Origin: Dehalococcoidia bacterium
GTDB taxonomy: Bacteria; Chloroflexota; Dehalococcoidia; UBA2979
DNA length: 64,000 nucleotides
Assembly (NCBI GenBank): GCA_041690175.1
Contig: JAWLHV010000004.1
Span: 238,097-302,096, forward strand
Direction of reading: 5' to 3'
Each line of letters opens with the position of its first letter. Position 1 is the stretch's first letter. A program made the position numbers and the translations under genes. The notes under the pieces were generated by a model, which did not search any database, was not told where the DNA came from, and saw only the letters and a program-made list of their open reading frames with translations. Shown one piece after another: positions 44,350 through 52,736 of the stretch.

Positions 44350-45537
44350 GTGGACTGGAACGACTCCCCGGAGCAGGCGGCGTTCCGCGCCCAGGTGCTG
44401 GACGTGATCGACCGTGAACTGCCGGAGCGCTACCGCGAGCGCCAGGGCCCGGACGAGCGCCAGTGGGAGTTTGACCGCAAGTCGCCGGACCCGGCCGCGC
44501 GGGAGGCCTCGCACGCGTGGCTGCAGGCGCTGGCCGCGCGCCGCTGGGTGGCGCCCCAGTGGCCGGAGGAGTACGGCGGCGGCGGGCTCTCGCCCATGGA
44601 GCAGTTCATCCTGAACCAGGAGATGGCGCGCGCCGGTGCCCCCGGCGTGGGCGGCTCCGGTATGCGGATGCTGGGCCCCACCCTCATCGTCCACGGCAGC
44701 GACGAGCAGAAGGCGCGCTACCTGCCGGCGATCCTCAGCGGCGAGACCGTGTGGGCGCAGGGCTACTCGGAGCCGGGGGCGGGCTCGGACCTCGCGTCGC
44801 TCCAGACCGCCGCCGTGCGGGACGGCGACGACTACGTGGTGAACGGCCAGAAGATCTGGACCTCCGGCGCCCACGCGGCGGATGCCATCTTCGCGCTCGT
44901 CCGGACGGATCCGAGCGCACCCAAGCACCGAGGCATCTCGTTCCTCCTGATCGAGGACATCAGAACGCCGGGGCTGAGCGTCCGCCCGCTCATCGACATG
45001 GGTGAGCACCACTACTTCAACGAGACGTTCTTCGAGGACGTGCGCGTCCCCGTCCGCAACCTGGTGGGGGAGGAGAACCGCGGCTGGTACGTGGGCATGA
45101 CCCTGCTGGACTTCGAGCGCTCCAACATCACGGCGGCCGTGGGCGCGCGCCGGATGATCAGCGGGCTCATCGATGCGCTGGGGCAGGACGAGTCCGGCGT
45201 GCGCCCTACCGCCCGCCTGGAGATCGCGGACCGCTACGTGGAGACGGAGGTGATGTTCCAGTTCTCCTTCCGCATCATCTCCATGCAGGACCGCGGCCAG
45301 ATCCCCAACCACGAGGCGTCCACGAGCAAGTTGTTCGCCAGCGAACTCAGCCAGCGGCTGGCGCTCACTGCCACGCACGCCTTCGGCCTGCGCGCCAACC
45401 GCTGGGCGGACGGCTCCAGCGCCGGCCACTACACGGACGCCTACGTCCGAGCCGTGCCCGCGACCATCCGAGGCGGGACGTCAGAGGTGCAGCGCAACGT
45501 CATCGCCACGCGCGGCCTGGGCCTCCCGCGTGGCTAG
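44350..45537 (+). CDS. Acyl-CoA dehydrogenase
   Basis: QGYSEPGAGSDLASL, NGQKIWTS, LDFERS, GGTSEVQRN; GGAGG RBS. Confidence 0.95.
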   Translation: MDWNDSPEQAAFRAQVLDVIDRELPERYRERQGPDERQWEFDRKSPDPAAREASHAWLQALAARRWVAPQWPEEYGGGGLSPMEQFILNQEMARAGAPGVGGSGMRMLGPTLIVHGSDEQKARYLPAILSGETVWAQGYSEPGAGSDLASLQTAAVRDGDDYVVNGQKIWTSGAHAADAIFALVRTDPSAPKHRGISFLLIEDIRTPGLSVRPLIDMGEHHYFNETFFEDVRVPVRNLVGEENRGWYVGMTLLDFERSNITAAVGARRMISGLIDALGQDESGVRPTARLEIADRYVETEVMFQFSFRIISMQDRGQIPNHEASTSKLFASELSQRLALTATHAFGLRANRWADGSSAGHYTDAYVRAVPATIRGGTSEVQRNVIATRGLGLPRG

Positions 45538-46855
45538 CGGCAGGGCTGACGGTGGCGTCCCGGAGCCTGGCGGGCCACTGCGCGGCATCCGCGTGCTGGA
45601 GTTCTCCCAGATCATCGCCGGGCCCGTGGCGGGCATCCACCTGTCGGACCTGGGCGCGGACGTGGTGAAGGTGGAGCCGCTGGAGGGCGAGGACCGCCGC
45701 AACAGCGGCGCTGTGGTCCCCAACGAGGGCAAGTACTTCCAGTCGCTCAACCGCGGAAAGCGCAGCCTCACGCTGGACCTGGCGCACCGCGACGCCGGCA
45801 AAGTGCTGGAGCGGCTGGTCCCGCATTTCGACGTGGTGGTGAGCAACTACCGCTTCGGCGTGGCGGAGCGGCTGGGGATCGACTACGCCTCGCTGTGCCG
45901 GTACCGGCCGGACGTCATCAGCGCCACCATCACGGGCTTCGGGGACCGCGGGCCGCACGCGCGGCGGGCGGGCTCGGACATCGTGGCGCAGGCGTACTCC
46001 GGAATGATGGCAGCAGAGGCGAAGGTGGACGAGCGCGGCGCGCCCATGTGGCTGCAGGCGACGCCCTTCATCGACCGCGCCTCCGGCATCGCCGCCGCTA
46101 TGGCGATCTGCGCCGCGCTCTTCGAGCGCGAGCGGACCGGCCGAGGTCAGGAGATCCACCTCTCCCTGCTGCAGACCAGCCTGGACCTGATGTCCAACCG
46201 CGTGATGCGCGAGCCCGTCCACGACGCCACGCTGCGCGACCCCATGGTCGCGCGGGTCGAGGAGCATCGCACCGCCGGCGCCACCTACCGCGAACTGCTC
46301 TCCCTGCTCTCCCTGCGCGAGGAGCGCAACCGCCTGACCTCTCACCGGCTCTACTACACCGGCTACGAGACGAAGGAGGGCGCCCTGGTGCTGGGCGCCG
46401 TCACCCAGCGCACGCGCGACACGCTGCGCCGCCTGCTGGAGATGCATGACAGCACGGACGATCCCTCGTTCGATGCGGCGGCGCCAGACTCGGACGCGCG
46501 GGTGGAGGCGTGGAAGGCGGAGATCCAGGAGCGCCTGATGGCCCGCACGGCCGCCGAGTGGGAGGCGCTCTTCGTGCAGGCCGGCGTCCCCGCCTCCACC
46601 GTGCAGTTCGCGGAGGAGATGTCGGACGACGAGCAGGTGGAGGCCATGGGCATGATGTGGCCGCTGGAGCATCCCATCACCGGCCCGCAGCGCGTGGTGG
46701 GCCCGCTGGCCCGGATGTCCGTTACCCCCACGGGGGCGCGGCTCCCAGCCCCGCCCCTGGGCGCCCACTCGCGCGAGGTCCTGCTGGAGTGCGGCTTCAG
46801 TGCGGAAGAGGTGGCCGCGCTGGAGGCGGACGCCGCGATCTCCCACGGCGCCTAG
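45530..46855 (+). CDS. Family III CoA transferase
   Basis: PLRGIRVLEF..IAGP, NRGKRS, catalytic Asp in FIDRASG, APPLGAHS. Confidence 0.92.
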   Translation: MASGRADGGVPEPGGPLRGIRVLEFSQIIAGPVAGIHLSDLGADVVKVEPLEGEDRRNSGAVVPNEGKYFQSLNRGKRSLTLDLAHRDAGKVLERLVPHFDVVVSNYRFGVAERLGIDYASLCRYRPDVISATITGFGDRGPHARRAGSDIVAQAYSGMMAAEAKVDERGAPMWLQATPFIDRASGIAAAMAICAALFERERTGRGQEIHLSLLQTSLDLMSNRVMREPVHDATLRDPMVARVEEHRTAGATYRELLSLLSLREERNRLTSHRLYYTGYETKEGALVLGAVTQRTRDTLRRLLEMHDSTDDPSFDAAAPDSDARVEAWKAEIQERLMARTAAEWEALFVQAGVPASTVQFAEEMSDDEQVEAMGMMWPLEHPITGPQRVVGPLARMSVTPTGARLPAPPLGAHSREVLLECGFSAEEVAALEADAAISHGA

Positions 46856-46970
46856 CGCAACCCAAGCGCGTGATGGCCGCTTGAGGCCGCCGCGACCTCG
46901 TCCCCTACGCTGTTCCGGGCCGGTTTCGGTCGCGCGGAGTTCCTGCTCCGAGTCAGCGAGGGAGGCACGG

Positions 46971-47444
46971 ATGCGTGTCATGGGCGTCATGCGAGGCGCG
47001 ATGGGGCGATCTGCCCTGCAGTTCCAGCAGTTCCTGCTCCGTGGCGGGGTGTTCGAGTTCATGGTGGCGTTCGCGATCGCCGGGGCGTTCGCCACGCTGG
47101 TGCGGGACTTCGTCGCCCTCATCCTGACGCCGCTGCTGGCGGCGGCGCTCCGCGAACCGGACTTCGCAGACCTGAGCATCAGCGTGGGGCAGGGTGCGCT
47201 CCGCTACGGACAGTGGCTGAACTCGCTGATCACGTTCGTGCTGATCGTGGCGGCCGTCTATGCGGTGGTGGTCGGGGCGAACGCCCTGACGTCGCGCGCC
47301 ACGCATGCCCGTCCGGTGGACCCGTCCCTGCGGAACTGCCCGGAATGCCTGACGGAGATTCCTCGCAAGGCGCGTCGCTGCCGCTACTGCACCAGCGAGG
47401 TCACGCCCTACCGCACGCCCGAACGCGGCGTACCTGCTCACTGA
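46971..47444 (+). CDS. mscL: Large-conductance mechanosensitive channel with C-terminal zinc ribbon
   Basis: FQQFLLRGGVFEFMVAFAIAGAF, YGQWLNSLITF; C-terminal CPEC...CRYC; start could also be 47001. Confidence 0.8.
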   Translation: MRVMGVMRGAMGRSALQFQQFLLRGGVFEFMVAFAIAGAFATLVRDFVALILTPLLAAALREPDFADLSISVGQGALRYGQWLNSLITFVLIVAAVYAVVVGANALTSRATHARPVDPSLRNCPECLTEIPRKARRCRYCTSEVTPYRTPERGVPAH

Positions 47445-47464
47445 GGGTTACGGCGGTCCTGCTG

Positions 47465-47659
47465 CTAGCGGCCCTTACGCCCGAAGGCGCCCAGGAAGGG
47501 CGAGCCTGCGCCCAGCAGGAAACCGAAGTCGTACCAGTTTCCGGCCCGCGCGGTGTTGTAGAAGGGGAACTCGCCCCACGCACCGAACGCGTGGACCAGC
47601 ACCACCACCCACGCCGTGAGCCCGTTCCACGCACCCCACAGCACGTCCTGCCACCACAT
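47465..47659 (-). CDS. Small Trp/Gly-rich membrane protein
   Basis: 64 aa, WGAWNG...YNTARAGNWYDFGFLLG; GAGGGG RBS. Confidence 0.7.
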   Translation of the reverse strand: MWWQDVLWGAWNGLTAWVVVLVHAFGAWGEFPFYNTARAGNWYDFGFLLGAGSPFLGAFGRKGR

Positions 47660-47865
47660 GTGCTCTGCCCCTCTCGGCGCCCCGCGATCCGGAGGCTACT
47701 CCTACCGTGCTGGTCGCGCGCGGGCGGCCGCGATGCTTCCGACAGGCCACGACGCCCTCCGTTACTGCCCCCTGCGCGCCGTCCGCCAGACTCGCCGGTG
47801 CGTGCGTCCGCCGAGCGTGCCCGAAGGGGCAGCGTGGGCGGACAGCACAGTAGTGGAGGTGAGCG

Positions 47866-48204
47866 ATGGGACGGCAGTCAGCACGAGGCCCGCGAGGCAC
47901 CACGGCAAAGTCGCCGGCGAAGACCCCCGGTAGGTCGCAGGGACGCTCCACCGCGAGTTCGCGCGGCGCGTCCGGCAAGGGGTCAACCGCGGAAATGACC
48001 AAGCTCTCGTCCACGGGGAGCAAGTCCGCGCAGCGAGGTGGACGCGCGACCGAGGGCCAGGAGGAGACGCGCGACCGCCTCTACCAGCGCGCAGCCGAAC
48101 TGGGGATCAACGGCCGCAGCCGCATGACCAAGTCCGAACTCCAGGAAGCGATCAGCGGCCACGAGCGCTCGGGCGCCGGCGGACGCTCGCGGAGCCGCCG
48201 GTAG
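47866..48204 (+). CDS. Small basic protein with Rho-N-like domain
   Basis: Ser/Gly/Arg/Lys-rich N-terminus, TRDRLYQRAAELGINGRSRMTKSEL; GGAGGTGA RBS. Confidence 0.75.
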   Translation: MGRQSARGPRGTTAKSPAKTPGRSQGRSTASSRGASGKGSTAEMTKLSSTGSKSAQRGGRATEGQEETRDRLYQRAAELGINGRSRMTKSELQEAISGHERSGAGGRSRSRR

Positions 48205-48226
48205 CGCCCACGGTGTCCCGGCGCGC

Positions 48227-48463
48227 CTACGGCGCCACCTCCGTATAGGCGCTCAACTCCTCCGTGAGGGGGATCAGGATAACGCGCCCGTCGCGGACGT
48301 CCGCGACGGCGCGGGTGGTGAGCCAGGTGTCAGGGCGCATCGGCCGGTCCACCTTGAAGCGGTCCTCCACCACGGCCTTTACTTTGCCCAGCAGTTCCCC
48401 GCCGCGCGTGTAGACCGGGAGGCCCACCGCAAGTCCCTCCGGGTTCGGTCCGTAGTTGCCCAT
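48227..48463 (-). CDS. DUF2171/PRC-barrel-like small protein
   Basis: GLPVYTRGGELLGKVK...FKVDRPMRPDTWL; GAGGAGG RBS. Confidence 0.7.
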   Translation of the reverse strand: MGNYGPNPEGLAVGLPVYTRGGELLGKVKAVVEDRFKVDRPMRPDTWLTTRAVADVRDGRVILIPLTEELSAYTEVAP

Positions 48464-48582
48464 GGGTGCCTCCTCCTCGAAGCGGGTAGAGGCTACGGGC
48501 CGCGCCGTTGCGCGCCTGCTCATGGGTGCCCGGCTGGCGTAGCGGAGGGCTCGCAGCGGAGCCCGGGAGGGGCGCGGATGCG

Positions 48583-49518
48583 TCAGGGCGTGTCGGCGGC
48601 TCCAACGGCCGGGCCCGCCTCGGTGGGGGCGTCCGCCGCGCCGTCCGTGCCCGAGTCCGGCTCGCCCTCGGGGAAGGTGGAGCCCACCCACTTGGCGACC
48701 AGCACGTCGCGCGCCAGGTAGTCGCCGTAGCCGGTGGCGTCGTAGACGATCTCGCCGCCGCAGGTGTAGAGCGTGATCCAATCCTCGAACTCCGGGCGGT
48801 CAGAGGGCCACAGCACCTCCCGCATCGGCATCTCGTCCACCCCGTAGCGCGTGACGCGGGCCACCTGGTAGCGGCGGCGCTCGCCGTCCGCCATGTCCAG
48901 GAAGATCTCGTCGCCGACGCGCGCCTGGTGCAGGAGGTAGAACGGCCCCTGGAGGTGGTTCCAGGTCTCGTGCGCGGAGAAGACCGCGTTGCCCTCCACG
49001 CCCGGCGTGCCGAACTTCCACGTCTCGTCGGAGGCGTACCAGCCCACCGAGTGGTTCCCGTCCTCGTCCGGCGACTGCATCCGCCCGTCCACGATGCCCA
49101 GGTCCTCCACGTAGTGGTCCAGGCCCAGCGCCGGCGACACGATGCGACGGATGCCCGCGGAGTTGCCGGGCTCAACGCGCTCGCTGGGCGGCGGCAGCGG
49201 GAACCCTACCGACGAGGGGTTGGCGAGCCCCGCGGACTCGCCCAGTGGGATCTCCTCCGCCGGGGAGGGCCGGAGCGGTTCAGGCGTGGGGGTCGGCGTG
49301 GGCGACGGAGTCGGGGAAGGCGTGGGGCTCGGCGTGGGCGTGGCGGTGGCGGGCGTAGCCACCAGCGCCGGCTCCTCCGCCCCCGCCCAGGCGGATGAGA
49401 GGGCTACCCCGGTCACCCCGACCACGAGGACCAGCACCCCGAGCGCCCCCACTCGCGCCCAGACGTTGAGCGCGCGGAACTGCGAGAGGATTCCCGAAAG
49501 CCAGGAGGCGCGTGGCAT
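48583..49518 (-). CDS. Class F sortase
   Basis: TM anchor, Pro/Thr linker, VGWY, PG..GNAVFSAH, GDEI, ITLYTCGG. Confidence 0.88.
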   Translation of the reverse strand: MPRASWLSGILSQFRALNVWARVGALGVLVLVVGVTGVALSSAWAGAEEPALVATPATATPTPSPTPSPTPSPTPTPTPEPLRPSPAEEIPLGESAGLANPSSVGFPLPPPSERVEPGNSAGIRRIVSPALGLDHYVEDLGIVDGRMQSPDEDGNHSVGWYASDETWKFGTPGVEGNAVFSAHETWNHLQGPFYLLHQARVGDEIFLDMADGERRRYQVARVTRYGVDEMPMREVLWPSDRPEFEDWITLYTCGGEIVYDATGYGDYLARDVLVAKWVGSTFPEGEPDSGTDGAADAPTEAGPAVGAADTP

Positions 49519-49728
49519 CGCCAGTCCCCAACGGCAGTCCAGCCCCGGGCGGAGCCGGGCGCGATTAACCAGAGTGCGAGGGACATCCGCCCGTGACGGC
49601 GGCGGTGCCCAACCGTGCGACTCACGCTACGTCCAGCGGGCGGAGGGCTCAATATCCTATGACGGAAAGGTCTCTATTCTCGCGCTATGCGTGACGGAGG
49701 CATGCCTCTCTTGCGTCCCGTGAAGCCG

Positions 49729-49950
49729 CTAGAAGAGGCGGCGGAGCAGGTTGACCAGCACCGTGAGCACCACGGATGCCAGCAGCATGGACACCAGCGG
49801 GACATAGACGCGCACGTTGCCGTCACCCAGCCGGATGTCCCCGGGGAGCCGCCCGAACCAGCCGAGCGCCCCCACGGCGACGAGCAGCCCCACGACCACT
49901 GCCACCGCACCCCCGAGGGCGATCGCCAGGCCGGCGTTTCTCGCGTCCAT
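49729..49950 (-). CDS. DUF2905-family membrane protein
   Basis: GRLPGDI...VYVPLVSMLLASVVLT. Confidence 0.88.
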   Translation of the reverse strand: MDARNAGLAIALGGAVAVVVGLLVAVGALGWFGRLPGDIRLGDGNVRVYVPLVSMLLASVVLTVLVNLLRRLF

Positions 49951-49976
49951 GGGTGTCGGTGGCCTTCGAGGCGAGT

Positions 49977-50222
49977 TCAGGCGCTGTGGATGCGCGCCTT
50001 CACGTGGACCCAGTACTCCTGCGGCCAGGAGCGGAGCGCGTGGACCTCTTTGACGTGGGCGGTGGCCTGCTCGAGCACCTCGTCCACCGTCTCGCCCGTG
50101 ACCTCGAAGTAACAGGTCTGGACCACGTTGTCGCCGCCCCGTTCGACCAGGAGCGCCTCTACGCGCTCGCGGAGCGGCGGGGGCATGCTCATGCTCACGT
50201 CCTGGCAGGTCAATCGCATCAT
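49977..50222 (-). CDS. DUF1059-like small metal-binding protein
   Basis: LTCQDV...CYFEVTGETVDEVL...HVKEVH...VKARI; GAGGAG RBS. Confidence 0.7.
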   Translation of the reverse strand: MMRLTCQDVSMSMPPPLRERVEALLVERGGDNVVQTCYFEVTGETVDEVLEQATAHVKEVHALRSWPQEYWVHVKARIHSA

Positions 50223-50354
50223 TGCCGCGCTCCTCTCGTGGATCGGCCCGATGATAGGTGATACCCCGGCCGCCGAGGCTGCCCTCCGCGGGGCCTCATG
50301 CTATAAGTCCGGCTACCCACTCCAGGGCAGAGCGTCCGACCCAGGGGGCCAACC

Positions 50355-52649
50355 GTGACCGCCGGCCGCCTCTTCTCGCGCGACGAACTGCTGGACGGGC
50401 GCCTGGACCGGAACCGGCGCGCCCGCAAGTTGGTGAACGCACTGGAGAGCCGCGTCCGCTACATGCGGCAGGAGACGCGCCGTGCACTGGGCGCGTACTT
50501 CAGCGGCTCATTCCAGGACTACTCCCGCAGCCTGGACCGCGACTACCTCGCCTCCGTCCGCGCCCGCGCCACCGCGGACGACGTGCTGGCGCCGGAGGAC
50601 TTCGAGCGCTGCGTCTCCCAGTGGAGCGCGCTGGTACCGGAGGATCCGCATCTCCGTGCCGCGCTGTTACGAGGGCTCACCCGCCGCTTCTCCCTCACGC
50701 GCAAACGGTCGCCTCGCTCGCTGGCGGCCCTGGGCGCGGACGACCCCGCCGTCCGAGAGGCGTACGAGCGCGACAACGGGGAGAGCCCGGACGTAGCAAC
50801 CAGCCCAGCCGTGGAGGCCGGATCGCCCGGTTCCCGGCCGGCGCCTGTCGCGTCGGTCGTCGGCGGGCTGACGGCAGAGGCGGAGCAGATGGCGGAGTGG
50901 GTCACGCTGCCGGGCGGGGCCGTGCTCTTCGAGCCGGGCGAGGCCGCGGACTGGCTCTACATCCTGGTGAGCGGCCGGGTGAGGGTGCGCCAGCCGGAGG
51001 ATTCGGGGATGGCCGCTGAAGCGGAGGTCACCCGTGGCCAGGTTGTCGGCGAACTGGAGGTGCTCACCGGGGATCCCCGCTCCTCCTCCGCGCACGCCGC
51101 CCGGGACTCCGAACTGATTGCGCTACCTCGAGAGGGCGTACTCGAACTCGCTCGCCGGCATCCGGAGGTCATGCTGCGGATCAACCGCGAACTGGCGGGA
51201 CGGGTGGGCGCGCGGCGCCGCCGGACGGATCGCGCTGTCTCCCTTACCGTCGCGCTGGTGGCGCTGGACCCGGGCGTGCCTCTGCACTCGGTCGCGGAGA
51301 CACTTCGGGAAGCCCTGGGGGGCATCGGTGGCGTAGCCCACCTGTTCAGCCGCGAGGTGCAGGGCCGCTTCCCGGAAGCCTGGGACCGCCGCGACGAGGA
51401 CGACGCGGAACTCCTGGCCTGGCTCAGCGAAGAGGAGTCGCGCCACCGCTTCGTACTGTACGAGGCGGACCCCGACCCCACGCGCTGGACGGAGCGCTGC
51501 ATCCGCCAGGCGGACCGGGTGCTGCTGGTGGCGAGCGCCGCCTCCCACCCCGGCCCGCGCCAGATCGAGGCGCACCTCTCCGACCGCGCCGTCCGCCCGG
51601 CCACTGACCTGCTGCTACTCCAGGACGGGAAGGCAGCGCCGCCGCGGCTGCCGTGGCTGTCTGAGCGCCAGGTGCGGATCCACGAGTGCCTGCGCCCGGG
51701 CGACGAGGCCGGCTTCGACCGCCTGGCCCGGCGGCTCAGTGGCACCGCGGTGGGCCTGGTCCTGGGAGGTGGGGGAGGCCGAGGCTGCGCCCACCTGGGC
51801 ATCCTGCTGGCGATGCAGGAGCGGGGCCTGCCGGTGGACGTGGTGGGCGGCACCAGCATCGGCGCACTCGTGGGTGGGGGCGCGGCCCTGGGACGGGACG
51901 CCTACCAGATCCGCGCGCAACTGCTCAGTACGGCCCGCTCGCGACGGACGTACATCGATCCCACGCTGCCATTTTCGGCGTTCCTGGCAGGCGGGAAACT
52001 GAGCCGCGTGCTGATGGAGCAGTTCGGCTCGCACCGCATCGAGGATCTGCCGCTGCCGTACTTCTGCGTCTCCAGCAACCTGACGCGTGCGGACCAGGTG
52101 GTCCACGAGCGCGGGGAGTTGTGGCGCGCCGTGCGCGCCAGCGCCGCCATCCCCGGCGTGTTCCCGCCCATGCTGGACGAAGAGGGGCAGTTGCTCGTGG
52201 ACGGCGGGCTGCTAAACGGCCTGCCGGTGGACGTCATGCGCGCTCGGGAAGACGTGGGAACGGTGATCGGCGTGAACGTCAGCCTCGCACGTGCGGCGAT
52301 GCGGGACTTCAACTTCGGCGAGAGCATCTCCGGCTGGCGCGCCCTTAGGGACCGCGTCCTTCGGCGCACCCAGGGCATGCAGGCGCCTACGCTCATCGAC
52401 CTGATCATGCGCTCCACGGAGTTGCGTACGGCCTCCGGCTTCCAGGCGGAAGAGGCGCGCCGCCTGGCGGACGTGCTGATCGAGCCGCCCGTGGCCGGCA
52501 TCCCCACGCTGGACTTCCGTCGCATCGACGACCTCATGGCCCTCGGCCACCAGGAGGCCACCACGGTGCTGGACGCGTGGCTCGCGGAGGAGCCCGCGTT
52601 GCTTCAGCAGTTGCGTCGTGATCCGGCGGTGGGCGTGCTCGCACCGTGA
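50355..52649 (+). CDS. Cyclic-nucleotide-binding patatin-like phospholipase (NTE-like) with extra N-terminal domain
   Basis: cNMP cassette GELEVLTGDPRS; CIRQADRVL; patatin GGGGGRG, GTSIG, DGG. Confidence 0.92.
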   Translation: MTAGRLFSRDELLDGRLDRNRRARKLVNALESRVRYMRQETRRALGAYFSGSFQDYSRSLDRDYLASVRARATADDVLAPEDFERCVSQWSALVPEDPHLRAALLRGLTRRFSLTRKRSPRSLAALGADDPAVREAYERDNGESPDVATSPAVEAGSPGSRPAPVASVVGGLTAEAEQMAEWVTLPGGAVLFEPGEAADWLYILVSGRVRVRQPEDSGMAAEAEVTRGQVVGELEVLTGDPRSSSAHAARDSELIALPREGVLELARRHPEVMLRINRELAGRVGARRRRTDRAVSLTVALVALDPGVPLHSVAETLREALGGIGGVAHLFSREVQGRFPEAWDRRDEDDAELLAWLSEEESRHRFVLYEADPDPTRWTERCIRQADRVLLVASAASHPGPRQIEAHLSDRAVRPATDLLLLQDGKAAPPRLPWLSERQVRIHECLRPGDEAGFDRLARRLSGTAVGLVLGGGGGRGCAHLGILLAMQERGLPVDVVGGTSIGALVGGGAALGRDAYQIRAQLLSTARSRRTYIDPTLPFSAFLAGGKLSRVLMEQFGSHRIEDLPLPYFCVSSNLTRADQVVHERGELWRAVRASAAIPGVFPPMLDEEGQLLVDGGLLNGLPVDVMRAREDVGTVIGVNVSLARAAMRDFNFGESISGWRALRDRVLRRTQGMQAPTLIDLIMRSTELRTASGFQAEEARRLADVLIEPPVAGIPTLDFRRIDDLMALGHQEATTVLDAWLAEEPALLQQLRRDPAVGVLAP

Positions 52650-52736
52650 CCTGACATCGGGTGCGCAGCGGCGTGGCCGGTGGGGTACTCTCACCGCGCG
52701 TCCCCGTGGGCACAGTTGGGCTCTAAAGGAGACTCG

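Noticed and set aside
50355-52649. Patatin as a CBASS/Pycsar anti-phage effector
   Set aside because: No cyclase or other defence genes adjacent; architecture matches NTE-like housekeeping phospholipases
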